A DNA stretch of 64,000 nt from the human T2T-CHM13v2.0 reference genome, Homo sapiens, in NCBI RefSeq assembly GCF_009914755.1, contig NC_060933.1; one strand, 5' to 3'. Both the position numbers and the translations under genes were made by a program. Below the pieces are notes generated by a model. It saw nothing but the letters and a program-made list of their open reading frames with translations. It had not been told where the DNA came from and ran no database searches. Shown piece after piece: positions 1-16,460 of this stretch. The stretch's first letter is position 1. The number at the start of each line of letters is the position of its first letter.

Positions 1-1
1 G

Positions 2-2200
<2,199 letters not shown>

Positions 2201-2534
2201 GCTCCATTCTGCATCCTCTGCATGAATGCTGCAAAGTTTCCATATTTGTCTGTGCCTGTGTTTCCCCATTTCTTCAAAAAGAGAAAAAAGGGGAAACGCT
2301 TCCAAACTTTTATGTGGTTGCTAGAATTGTATGATCATTTTATATAAATATATATGAATATGCATAGTTTCTGAGAGAGAGAGACAGACAGAAAGACAGA
2401 GAGCACTAACACAGTGCCTGGTATATAACAAGGACTCATTAATTAATGATGGTTGTTACTATTATCAGATTTCTATCTTTACTGAATTCTTGTTGATGTT
2501 ACATTAATATTAGTGTATTCTTACCATGTCATAG

Positions 2535-2569
2535 TGAAGCACATTTGAACATGTCTGGCACGGTCACTG
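2535..2569 (+). CDS. Candidate 35-nt internal coding exon of an unidentified gene (xEAHLNMSGTVT)
   Basis: Acceptor ...TTCTTACCATGTCATAG|, consensus donor CTG|GTAAGT; only one of three frames is open; ends in phase 1; non-repeat context. Confidence 0.45.
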
Positions 2570-3369
2570 GTAAGTTGCTTTCTATGAACACATCTTTCCT
2601 GCCTCAAGGGTTGATGTGTGTGAGGCAATAATAAAGCAATAATATAAATTCTGTATACCAGAAGGAGGACTCCGCATACTCCTTTCACTGCCCCATTTAC
2701 CATGGTAGAATATAAGACATGCATCTTTTATAGTCTTATATTTATTTTTAAAGCCTGACCTGTTGCCTTATTTTTGCTCAAAAACATTGATAATTGAATT
2801 TTTTGTGTGTGTGTAAGCAAAAAATCAATTAAATATGATACTCTGGATATAATTCTTATATGGTAACTTTTTCAATTGAACATTTTCCCTAATACTAGTC
2901 CAGGCAGAATAAAAAACAATGTTCTTCGTTCTGGAAATGTGACAGTTTACTCATCCACACGAACATTTGGAAAATTTGCCCACATTTCTAGATCTTCAAA
3001 GTCTGAAGCTCTTTTTCCGTTTATCTCATCCTAAACAAAATTTAAGTACAATGAGGAGGAGCTCTCAGTAATCTTTTTGTCCTTAGTGGCTTTCTGCTTT
3101 TCTTTATCATGGGCTGCACTACTAAAAATAAATTGGTACATTGTTGGCCAGCTCCAAAAGAATTGATGATTTAACAGTCAAATAATATGTTTCATAAAAT
3201 AGTAATTACAGATCAAATAATTTGTTTTCACTCACTACAGAAAATGTAAAATGTTGCCAAACTGGCAACTGCTTAAACAAAAACAATATCAGTTCCAGAA
3301 ATTCCACACGTATATATTATAATATGCAATATCTATAATCTTAACAGCTTTGTAACTAATGAACTCTAA

Positions 3370-3709
<340 letters not shown>

Positions 3710-4180
3710 TGTATTTGGATTTTTCTATCCTAACTTTTCTTTAATAATTTGATCCACTGTTCAACAGCAATCAGCAAACATCTATTTACTCAGTAACATT
3801 CATCAAGCCTTTCCAACTCATATAACATTATTGCTTCCTACCCTAAAGAAATCTATCTGAAAACATCACTCATAGCTGAACAAATCAGTGCTGGAGCAAA
3901 AACTAGAATTCTGATTTTTGGCTCCAGTATATTTCCATGACCTAAACTTGTCTCTTAAACACTGACTACTTGATTACAAGTCCAGATTCTGCAGAACACT
4001 GATCATGTTTTTCTGCTGTTGTTAGGACATTTGTTCAAATGACTGGTCTAAATAGTCCATATTAAGGCCTCTCCACAGTAATAGCCTTCCTAGATATAAA
4101 GGATCACGGGGGAGAAAATGAAGACAGATTTTTTAAAATTTTGTTTAAGCCCAATTTTTCTTCTTCTATATTGCTTTCAG

Positions 4181-4221
4181 CACTTGAGGCACATGAAGAC
4201 TTTGTACGACCTTTTCTCTGA
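4181..4221 (+). CDS. Candidate coding part of a terminal exon ((A)LEAHEDFVRPFL*)
   Basis: Strong acceptor TTTTTCTTCTTCTATATTGCTTTCAG|; joined to 2535-2569 reads EAHLNMSGTVTALEAHEDFVRPFL-stop; followed by unique UTR-like sequence with ATTAAA (~4453) and AATAAA (~4712). Confidence 0.45.
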
Positions 4222-5111
4222 ATGGAAAATGAATTCTCCTGCACTCAGCATATCAAATCCTGAGAGACTTTCCTGGACCGACTTTGGCCACCTCAATTTC
4301 TGAAATGTTATACTGATTACTTCTTTAAGATATTGTTTGGCCCAAGGTCATGTAACATATGAGTTCATTCTGTGCATGAAGCTCCCCAGAGAACAACGGT
4401 ACACAATGTCAGTTTGGTTATGGCATCTGAAAACTCATAAGAGCAGACTTTCATTAAAAGCAGTATTACCCCCAGCCCTTGCCTTCTGAGAATTCACATA
4501 TGAATAATTAGGAGTCTGTAAGTAGGGGCCTACCTGTGGTACATATTTCTCCTGTTTTTGAAGTAAAAGGATATTTCTATAAAGTTTCTCAAACATTTTC
4601 TACTTTTTCATCATTGTCAAGTCATTTATTTTTTGAAGTTGAGCTTTACATTTACTTGCATATTTGGAGTTTATAGCCCTGTTGTTTTGTTTTAAATTAC
4701 AAGATGATAAAAATAAATCTTTAAGTCCTTTCCTAAATTCATCAGTTAATTGTAATCCAATCATATATAAAGAAAAGTATTATTTATTGCCTCTATATTC
4801 ATCATTAAAAGAAATACATATAAAATTAAAAGGAGCATGCCAGTTAAAAACCAAGAAAGAATACTGGGCTTCTGAGCTTAACAGGGAAATCTATTATCAG
4901 ACTATTTTAATCATTTTCTAATTGTGCGTATGAAAGACTGACAGAAATATACGTTGTCTTTACTGAGTGCTGGGAGTATGAGTTGTATGATCATAAAATT
5001 ATAGTCTTAAATATTTGAGACAGACAACTTTCACAGCTAGTTTGCATTTAAAAAGTAATTGTGATTGTATTAGTCAATTTTGCGTTGCTATAAAGGAATA
5101 CCTGAGGCTGA

Positions 5112-5423
<312 letters not shown>

Positions 5424-5628
5424 AAGGCTGAGTGGTTTAGAGGGAAAAGAGATTTATTTTGGCTCACAGTTCTGCAGATTGTACAAAAAGCATGGCATCA
5501 GCATCTGCTTCTGGTGAGGCCTCAGGAAGCTTACAATCATGGCAGATGGTGAAGGGGGAGTTGGCCTCTCAGGTGGCGAGAGAGGGAACGAAGTGCCAGA
5601 CTCTTTTTACCAATCAGACCTCCTGTGA

Positions 5629-5979
<351 letters not shown>

Positions 5980-6377
5980 GACACCAAGCTTTTCATGAGG
6001 AACCCACCCCTATGATGCAAATACCTCCCACCAGGCCCCACTTCCAACATTGCGGATCACATTTCAACATGAGATTTGGAGGGCACAAATATCCAAACTA
6101 TACCAATGATCAAGACAGAACTCATATTCTTTGATACATTCTTGATTTGTCCATTTATTTTATTAGAAGAATTTTTGAATATGAGAGTACCTTACATAAA
6201 GTATGCACTAAATAAACTGAATAAAATTGACAATATGCAATGTCAAAGACAAAACATAATGGCAGTATTATACTATATAGAAATCTACTTAGAGAGTTAA
6301 ATAATGTAGTATTGTAAATATGTATCTTTTAATACACAATGTCATAAAATGCATGAATACCCATATATTAACCAGAC

Positions 6378-6655
6378 TTTTTCTTAAATGGTCTCACTCT
6401 GTTGCGTAAGCTGGAGTGCAGCAGTGTCATCATGGCTCACTGCAGCCTTGACTTCCTGGGCTTGAGAGATCCTCCTACCCCAGCCTCCCAAGTAGCTGGG
6501 ACTACAGGCACACACAACCAGGCCCAGGTAATTTTTTTTTTCATGGAAACAGGGTCTTGCTACATTGCCCAGGCTGGTCTCAAACTCCTGGGCTCAAGCA
6601 ATCCTCCCTCCTCAGCCTCAGAAATATTTTGGTTGCAAACAGCTGTAACCACATT
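6378..6655 (-). mobile_element. Old Alu (AluJ-type)
   Basis: Diverged reverse Alu with CTCACTGCAGCCTTGACTTCCTGGGCT and CTCCTGGGCTCAAGCAATCC J-type motifs. Confidence 0.85.
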
Positions 6656-7199
6656 CAAGCTAAAGGAATTGGTTTTTTCACACATTGAGATTTAGGAACA
6701 ATGCCACATCTCTCAGCACTGTTTGCATTTGCTTAGCTTCATTCTCAAGCAGGCCTTTTCCCTATGGTGCCAAGATGGCCTCTGCCATCTCCATCGATCA
6801 CTTGTTCCAAGTAAAAGCAAGAGAGACCTATCTTGCCCCAATATTGGAATATTATAATCTCGTAGAGGGTCTATGATCCTAATACAATTCCATGCCTACC
6901 CTTGGACTCACAACTAGAGTAAGGAATATAAGGAGCCATGGTTGATGAGATTAGACCTGGTCAATTGCTCATGCTTGTAGTCAGAGGCAGCAGTTTCACA
7001 ATTAAAAGAGGTTGTTGGATTAAAAAAAATAACAGAGTGTTACTACATTCTTTCTGTGACTTTAACAAAAAGGTAAATGGCCACTGTAGTGGATATTTTG
7101 CCCATGGGTGAGACGGAAGTAGGGCTTTGAGTGGTCATAGCAGGTAGAAAATTTTATGGAAAACAATGCCTAATAAAGAAAGAAAGATGTGGAGAAAGC

Positions 7200-7360
7200 T
7201 AGTGCTTTACAGAACTTCCTGGGGTGAAGGAAATCTTCCATACTTATCCAATATGGTAGCAACATATTGAGCACTTGAAATGTGGCTCATGTAACTAAAA
7301 AACTATATTTTTAGTTTTGTTTAATTTAAATATATTTACATTTAAATAGCCACAGTGCAG
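7200..7360. mobile_element. hAT-Charlie MITE (MER3-like)
   Basis: CCAATATGGTAGC...ATTGAGCACTTGAAATGTGGCT...ATTTAAATAGCCAC resembles MER3. Confidence 0.7.
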
Positions 7361-8091
7361 CCTTCCTCATGGTGACTTTGAAGAGTCAGTCTATACGTAT
7401 CTTTACAATAAAGTCATTGTTCCTTTTAGTCTTTATTAGTCCTTTGAATGATATTATAATTAAACAAAAACCAAAATCCAGCTTTTGAAAAGCTACTATT
7501 CCTCATTCTTTCAGAAATTGAACAGAAAATAGCTATAGATACTATGAATATTCTTTAATATTCATTTTTTATTTCAAAAAATCTGGTAAAATGAAAGAGC
7601 ATATTATAAGTAATTCAAAAATTTGATTATTCCAATGTGATTGTTTCCATTGTACCATGTTGGACAAGCACTGATACAAAAAATTTTAATATAACATGAA
7701 AATGAAATCAAACAATAAATTTGCTATAAAATGTGCTTACACTGAATTATAACATCTTTTGTAGTTTTCTTTTCAAATTAAAAATATACGACTAATTTGA
7801 ATCTCGTGAAATATTATAATCCTTGTCCTGAAAAAAGCAGGCTGACCTTGGGGAAATTTTAATAGTGATAAGATTGAGATAATTGTAACCAGTTACTCTT
7901 TAATAACCATCATTTTCTAGATATGTGCTAACCACAGGTACGCACATTTCCTTATCTAATTACATTTGAACTTTACAATAACACTTTATCTTAGGATCAT
8001 TTCATTACAAGAGATAGTTGCCTGTCATTGAAACTAGCTTAAACAAAACAAAAGAAAGAAATCTAGTGGAAGAAATAGGACAGCTGACAGG

Positions 8092-8522
8092 CCTTGCCTA
8101 GGAAGCCTCCTGAATGCTGGCATGAAGGTTTGAGGTCCAGGAACTAATGTTTCACTTATTGTTCATTTGTGGCCTCCTGATGTGTCATCTCTGCTTTTAC
8201 TCCACATAGTTTCTTTGTTCCCCTTATTTTCATTAAACATTCTTTCCTGTTTACTTAAACCTCTGCAGAGAGGGCAGCCTGAATGTTGAAATTCCACCTC
8301 ATCTTGCAGTTCAGTCACCTCACACCAATTTACTTCCTTGCCTAGGAAGCCTCCTGAATGCTGGCATCAAGGTTTGAGGTCCAGGAACTAATGTTTCACT
8401 TATTGTTCATTTGTAGCCTCCTGATGTGTCATCTCTGCTTTTACTCCACATGGTTTCTTTGTTCCCCTTATTTTCATTAAACATTCTTTCCTGTTTACTT
8501 AAACCTCTACAGAGAGGGCAGC
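8092..8522 (+). repeat. 187-bp direct duplication (8092-8278 and 8336-8522) with 57-bp spacer
   Basis: Direct comparison at offset 244: 4 mismatches in 187 bp. Confidence 0.97.
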
Positions 8523-9789
8523 ATCTGCAGCATCTACAATTGAAGGAGGTGATGAACCAGGAAAACCTAATGCCTTGGATCTTGTAGGTCAGAGGTCCAC
8601 GCCTGGTCCAGTCCTCTCTGCCTGGGGTACAGGGATAGGAATTTTATGCTCAAAACATGGAACCTAGAGAGTGAGGACCACATTCTTTAAGAAGTACCAA
8701 TAAAAAATGGGTGAGGAATGAGCTTGGTTCAGCCAGTGAATTAGATAACATGATTCTGATTTTAAATTTGAGGAAACAGTCTCAGAGAAGTTCAAATCTT
8801 AGTCTGGCTTGTGATCAGACAGACCAAAGTATGAACCCTGACTTATCTTTCAGTATCTGTGAAACTTTTGGAAAGTTACTCACCCTTTCTGAATGTTCAA
8901 TTATGTTGTTAGAAAGCGAAAATAAAATGCAACCCACATAAAAACGCTTAGCATTTACCCAACTAGAAGCATATAACCCACCTCCCACTTTTTACACCCT
9001 GCCCCACAGTCAAAGGCCAAGGGGAGAGATGGCCTTGTCTATGAATGCACTTAGACGGGCTTCAAAAGTGTGGATTACAAACCAAAGAAGGACAGAGCTG
9101 CAGAAAGCTGGGTGCCCTGCATGAGAGATTTATAGAGATTTGATGTTTGTTTTTTTACCCTTGAGAGGAAAAAAGCATCAGAAATGAAAATAAGTATATA
9201 TAAGAGCAAGCTAGCAGTAACATTGATTAACCTCTGTTATTTTCTTTGCTCTGTGTAATGACATCCCTGCCTTTTCCTACAATAGGCAATGAATTTTCCA
9301 TGCAAGCAAGGTCTTGTTTATTATTTTCTTTTGTTGTCATGTGAAAATCCAACAAATGACATTGTATTCCTCATGTGGAAGTAAGAAGTTTCTAGATGCT
9401 GCAAAGAGAAAAAAGAGTTTAGAGAACTTGTCAATTCAGAGTCAGGGAATCTGAAATTCACATAAATGCAGGAGGGCTACTGGGATTTTCCACCAGTGTG
9501 GTATTAAACCCATTTTATCTAGATCTTAAAATGCAGAGATAATTCAGCTTATTTCATGATTATGCATAGTAATTAATTAAAGGTAGATAAATACTTATAT
9601 TAATTAAAGGTAGATAACTGACAGAAGGCAAATTGGAAAGAAAATGGTGTTTGGAGCCACAAAGATCTGGGTTCAAGTTCTACCTCAGCTACATAGAACT
9701 ATGTAACCTTGGGTATTTTGCTTAAATCATCTGAGACTCAAATTTTTCATTTCTCAAATTGAGATATTAGTATTGATCTCACAGGAGTA

Positions 9790-10320
<531 letters not shown>

Positions 10321-10451
10321 TACATGTAATGTGCCTAAGACATTATGTTTTATGTGAACGTTGAGTGATATTTGATGCCCAGAGTATGGGCCCTGGAGTC
10401 AGACTCCCTGGGTGAGCTTTGTAACTATGTGGCCTTGAGACACTTACTCCC

Positions 10452-11006
10452 TGTATTAGAGTCCTCTGGATAAACAGATTGTGTGTGTATGTGTGAGTGC
10501 GTGTGTGTGTGTGTGCGTGCACATGTATGTGCGCGTGCGCATATGTGTGCATATGTGTGTGTGTGTGTACACATGCATATATATAAGAAAATTTATGATA
10601 AGGAATTGGCTCATGTAATTATGGAGGCTGAGAAGTCCCAAGATGTGCAACTGACAAGCTAGAGACTTGGGAGAGCCAATGGTGTAGTTCCAGTGTGAGT
10701 CTGAGGAGCCAATGTTTCAGCTGAGTCTGAAGACAGAAGACACCAATGTCCAAGCTCAAACCACCAGGCAGGAGGAGTTCTTTCTTATTTGCACAAGAAT
10801 CAGCCTTTTTGTTCTACTTAACAGACTTTCTGGTGATTAGATGAGGGCCACTCACATTAAGAAGGACAATCTGCTTTAACTAGTCTACTGATTGCAATGT
10901 TAATCTCATCAGAAAACACCCTCATGGAAGTACCCAGAAGAATGTTTGATCAAATGTCTGTGCACCCCATGCCCAGTCAAGTAAATGCATAAAATCAACC
11001 ATCACA
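10452..11006 (-). mobile_element. MLT2-type (ERVL) solo LTR containing an alternating purine-pyrimidine microsatellite (~10479-10585)
   Basis: TGTATTAG...AAGGAATTGGCTCATGTAATTATGGAGGCTGAGAAGTCCCAAGAT...AAAATCAACCATCACA. Confidence 0.85.
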
Positions 11007-13119
11007 CCATGTATGAGCCTCACTTACCTCAGGTAAAAGGGCAAAATGATAAAAATAACCTTCCTAGGGAGTTATGAGAACCCAGTAAATCAACAGTTAT
11101 GTATTTTACAATAGTACCTGGTATATGATAAGCACTATGTGTGGATATGTTGAACTAAATACATAAGTAAAACTGAGGAAAAGGAGCTGCCTCCCAGAGG
11201 TGTTCTCCCATCCCTGTTTGTCTCAGGGAATAACTAATTTAGTTTTTTCATCTCATTTAATGTTTGAGTTTCACATTCAGTCAATAATCTTATAAGCTAT
11301 TTCTTCCCCTAAACATATTATTCTGTTCAGAAAAACTACTTGATTTCATTATAAGTAGAGTAAACAAACAAGCAAAAAAACAAAAAACCAAAAAACCCTT
11401 GTTGATTGGCATTCCAAGTGAGAAAAGCAAAAAAAAAAAGCTGCTTGTTTTTAAAAATTAAAATATCATTGTATTGCCTATTGCCTTTTAGAAATTACAT
11501 ATCTCCAAATAATACAAGTGAAATGGGGAAAAATTAACATAGATTTTTTTCTCTATTATTTGGAATCGGATTTGCAGATGAGTTAACTATATTCTAAATA
11601 CAGATATCACATAGGACGAAAAGGTTAAAAAAAGGTCTCTGTTCTTTTCTCCTTCCTTAAACATTATGCATCAAAATATTCACATATTTTCAAGATGTGT
11701 CTTATCAGATATTCAATCTGTATATATTCATAGTTTTAATGGACTTTCATGGATATCCTTTCCATAAGTGATGATTAAAAATCTCAGCTTAGGTGGTAGT
11801 CTGTTTTTACTACACAAGCAGAGCACCGAGTTTATTTAAATCTCCCAGGCACTTGGTCATGGATGTGGCTGAAGGACTATGGCTCAGATGGGTTGTGTAA
11901 TATCAAGGGACAGAATGGCCAATAAACACTACCTCTTCAACTGGATTGCCCAGGAGGACACGTTGGGACTCATCAAGGAAGCAACAAAACCCAGAGAGAA
12001 GAGAGAAGAGTGAGACAGGGCAGCTGCCCACCTGGGATTCGCATGGAGCCAAGGAAGGCTTCTCACCACAGGGAAAGTGTGAGTGGGCAAGAGCCCCCAG
12101 GAGCCCATACTCTTGCCATGGATCTCTGCAATCCTGGGCACAGGAGATCCCCTGACCCTCTCTCTCCAGGGCCTCCAGACTGACAGAGCGCTGTGCAGAG
12201 TCTGGGCAGAGCTGCCACTCAGGCACATATGGAGCCTCAAGGGCCTTGGGCTCCTGAGCATCCCAGGGTCAGCTGCCATAGCTCTGCCAGCAGGTGAGGC
12301 CAGGCCCTCTTGCACGCTCCCAAGATACATGCTGCTTTCACAGTGCTGAGGAGCAGACAGACTATAGGCCTTACCTTCGCCACACCTTGCCAGCCAAAGC
12401 CCACGGGCCCAGGTCCCCAGCGCAGCCAACACACCCCTGCCTGAACACTTAGGCTAGTAGTGACTCTGCACTTCCCTGGGCCAGAGCTCCCAGAGTTAAC
12501 TGACAGTTCTGCCTTTTTGCTGCTGCTGCAGCCCCCACCCCTACTGCCCTGAGGCTGCAGAGGGAGTAAGTGATGAGCCTAAGGACTATCATGTGTCTCC
12601 AACGCAGTGCAGCTGCCATGCAGGAAAGCAGCCAGACTATTTCCCCTGTGGATTCCTGCCCCTGCTACTCCTCACTGTGCAGGGCCTCCCAACCTGGACC
12701 CCAGCACAGTCATCCTGCCCCCGCCTGAGCACTTCAGTCAGTGGTGGCACTGCTTTTATCTGGAGAGGAAATCCCAGAGACGACCCAAAGGCTCTCTACC
12801 ATCTCAGCTGCGGGGATATTGCCCTTGCTGCCCTCGGGCTGGGGAAAGAACAAAGATCCTGACTGTTTTGCTGGTACCTCCAGCATGCTGCAGCTGTCCT
12901 ACAGAGAGGAACCCAGTCTCTTTTCCCTGTGAACCCCTGACCCCCTGCTCTACACCAGGCAGGGCCCCTGGATTGGGCCTGCCATGCAGCCACCCCACCC
13001 CCAGCTGATCATTCCCATTGGCAGTAGCTTCATGTATCTCTGGGGTGGAGTTCTCAGAGGCAACTGACGATCCCTCTGACACCACTGCTACAGCGGTGCC
13101 TGCTATTGCTGCCACCAGG

Positions 13120-13199
13120 TTGGGAAAGAACAAAGAACCTGAGTGCCTTATTACACCTCCAGCACACCACAGGCACTCAGGTTCTTTGCTCTTTCCCAA
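13120..13199. repeat. Inverted repeat: 29-bp arms (1 mismatch), 22-nt loop
   Basis: TTGGGAAAGAACAAAGAACCTGAGTGCCT ... AGGCACTCAGGTTCTTTGCTCTTTCCCAA. Confidence 0.97.
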
Positions 13200-13982
13200 A
13201 GAGGCCAGACTGTCTTCCCTGTGAGCCCCCACCCCCTGCTCACCACCAGGCATGGCCTACAACTTGGGTGTGTGACATAGCCACTCCACCCCGGGCTGAT
13301 CATTTTGGTTAGCAGAGGCTCTGCATTTCTCTGGGTTGGAGCTCCAAAAGGTAAGTGTAAGGCCCTCTAACATTGTCACTGCCAAGGTCCCTGCCCCTGC
13401 TGCCTGCAAGCTGGGGAGTGAACAAAGAGCCTGAGCTGAGCCCTCACTCATTCTATGAGGCCAGCATTATTCTGATACCAAAACCTGCCAGAGAAACAAT
13501 GGAAAAAGAAAACTTCAGGCCAATATCCCTGATAAACATAGATGCAAAAATCCTCAACAAAAATCCAGCAGCACATCGAAAAGCTAATCTACTAAATCAA
13601 GTAGGCGTTATTCCTAGGATATAAGGTTGGTTCAACATACATAAATCCATAAATGTGATTCATTGCATAAGCAGAACTAAAAACAAAAACCACATGATCA
13701 TCATAGAAAAGTCTTTCAATAACATTCAACATCTTTTCGTGTTTAAAAACCCTCAACAAACTAGGTATTGAAGGTACATAACTCAAAATAATAAGAGCCA
13801 TCCGTGACAACTCACAGCCAGCATCATACTGAATGGGCAAAATCCAGAAACATTCCCCTTGAGAACTGGAACAAAACAAGGATACCCACTCTTATCACTC
13901 CTAGCCATTGTAGTACTGGAAGTCCTAGCAAGAGCAATCAGGTAAGAGAAGGAAATAAAAGGTGTCCAAATAGGAAAAGAGG

Positions 13983-14391
<409 letters not shown>

Positions 14392-14460
14392 TCAACAAAG
14401 TTCCAGGATAGAAAATCAATGTCCAAAATTCAGTAGCATTTCTATAAACCAATAACATCC

Positions 14461-15669
14461 AATCTGCTGGAATTTGCTGGAGGTCCACTCCAGACCCTGT
14501 TTGCCCAGGTATCACCAGCGGAGGCTGCCGGACAGCAAAGATTGCTGCCTGTTCCTTCCTCTGGAAGCTTTGTCCCAGAGGGGCACCCACCAGATGCCAA
14601 CCAGAGCTCTCCTGTGTGAGGTGTCTGTCGACCCCTGCTGGGAGGTGTCTCCCAGTCAGGATGTGCAGGGGTCAGGGACTCACTTGAGAAGGCAGTGTGT
14701 CCCTTAGCAGGGCTTGAGCGCTGTGCTGGGAGATCCATTGCTCTCTTCAGAGCTGGCAGAGAGGAACGTTTAAGTCTGCTGAAGCTGTGCCTGCAGCTGC
14801 CCCTTCCCCCAGGTGCTCTGTCCCAGGGAGATGGGAGTTTTATCTATAAGCCCCTGACTAGGGCTGCTGCCTTTCTTTCAGAGATGCCCTTCCCAGAGAA
14901 GAGGAATCTAGAGAGGCAGTCTAGCTACAGTGGCTTTGCTGAGCTGCAGTGGGCTCCACCCAGTTCAAACTTCCTGGCAGCTTTGTTTACACTGTGAGGG
15001 GAAAACCGCCTACTCAAACCTCAGTGATGGCTTGAGTAGCCTTCCCCCCACCAAGCTCAAGCATCCCAGATCAACTTCAGACTGCTGTGCTGGCAGTGAA
15101 AATTTCAAGCCAGTGGATCTTAGCTTGCTGGGCTCTGTGGGGGTGGGATACTCTGAGCTAGAATACTTGGCTCCCTGGTTTCAGCCCCCTTTCCAGGGGA
15201 GTGAACGGTTCTGTTTTGCTGGCATTCTCAGGCACCAATGGGGTATGAAAAAACTCCTGCAGCTAGCTCGGTGTCTGTCCAAATGGCCACCCAGTTTTGT
15301 GCTTGAAACCCAGGGCCCTGGTGGTGCAGGCACCCGAGAGAATCTCCTGGTCTGCAGGTTGTGAAGACCATGGGAAAAGCATAGTACGTGGGCTGTAATG
15401 CACCATTCCTCATGGCACAGTCCCTCATGGCTTCCCTTGGCTAGGGGAGGGAGTTCCCCAACCCCTTGTACTTCGTGAGTGAGGTGATGCCCCACCCTAC
15501 TTCAGCTCACCTTCCTTGGGCTGCACCCACTGTCTAACCAGTCCCAATGAGATGAGCTGGTTACCTCAGTTGGAAATGCAGAAATCACCCACCTTCTGCC
15601 TTCTGCGTTGATCTCACTGGGAGCTGCAGACCAGAGCTGTTCCTATTTGGCCACCTTGCCAGCCACCCT
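14461..15669 (-). mobile_element. L1PA (approx. PA6-8) 5' UTR only, 3'-truncated
   Basis: Reverse L1PA 5' UTR motifs (GGAGGTCCACTCCAGACCCTGTTTGCC; CCTCAGTTGGAAATGCAGAAATCACCC; GAGCTGTTCCTATTTGGCCACCTTG). Confidence 0.9.
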
Positions 15670-15899
15670 GACTTGTTTATTTTCGATGCTAACCTGTGGG
15701 TTACCAAATATTGGGAAATGGTGTGCTGAGAGGAGAATATAAAGACAAAGTGTGGATCCAGTGCAGAAAATTTTACAGCTTCCTGTGGAATAAGAAAACG
15801 TTGGAAGCTTAAGAAACTTTTAATTTACCTAATAAAGCCTTGTATTTTATAGAAGCATGAGGCCCACCCATTTTTGTTTACTCTATATTCATTCAACTA

Positions 15900-16460
15900 C
15901 TTTTTTTTCTTTTATTATTATTATACTTTAAGTTTTAGGGTACACGTGCACAACGTGCAGGTTTGTTACATATGTATACATGTGCCATGTTGGTGTGCTG
16001 CACCCAGTAACTCATCATTTAGCATTAGGTATATCTCCTAATGCTATCCCTCCCCCATCCGCCAACCCCACAACAGTCCCTGGTGTGTGATGGTCCCCTT
16101 CCTGTGTCCATGTGTTTTCATTGTTCAGTTCCCACCTATGAGTAAGAACATGGGGTGTTTGTTTTTTTGTCCTTGCAACAGTTTGCTGAGAACAATGGTT
16201 TCCAGCTTCATCCATGTCCCTACAAAGGACATGAACTCATCATTTTTTATGGCTGCATAGTATTCCATGGTGTATATGTGCCACATTTTCTTAATCCAGT
16301 CTATCATTGTTGGACATTGGGTTGGTTCCAAGTCTTTGTTATTGTGAATAGTGCCGCAATAAACATACGTGTGTGTGTGTGTGTCTTTATAGCAGCATGA
16401 TTTATAATCCTTTGGGTATATACCCAGTAATGGGATTGCTGGGTCAAATGGTATTTCTAC
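15900..16460 (-). mobile_element. L1PA 3' end, 5'-truncated (~560 bp)
   Basis: TTATTATTATACTTTAAGTTTTAGGGTACA...; ORF2 C-terminus WIKKMWHIYTMEYYAAIK on the minus strand; TSD ~CTACTTTTT. Confidence 0.93.

Noticed and set aside
9574-9617. TAATTAAAGGTAGATAA repeated twice
   Set aside because: Ordinary short local duplication with no further array.
11903-13451. Cluster of overlapping 63-167 aa ORFs in a GC-rich stretch
   Set aside because: Lies in an L1 5' UTR; high GC lowers stop frequency in all frames, and CpG is too depleted for a CpG-island promoter.
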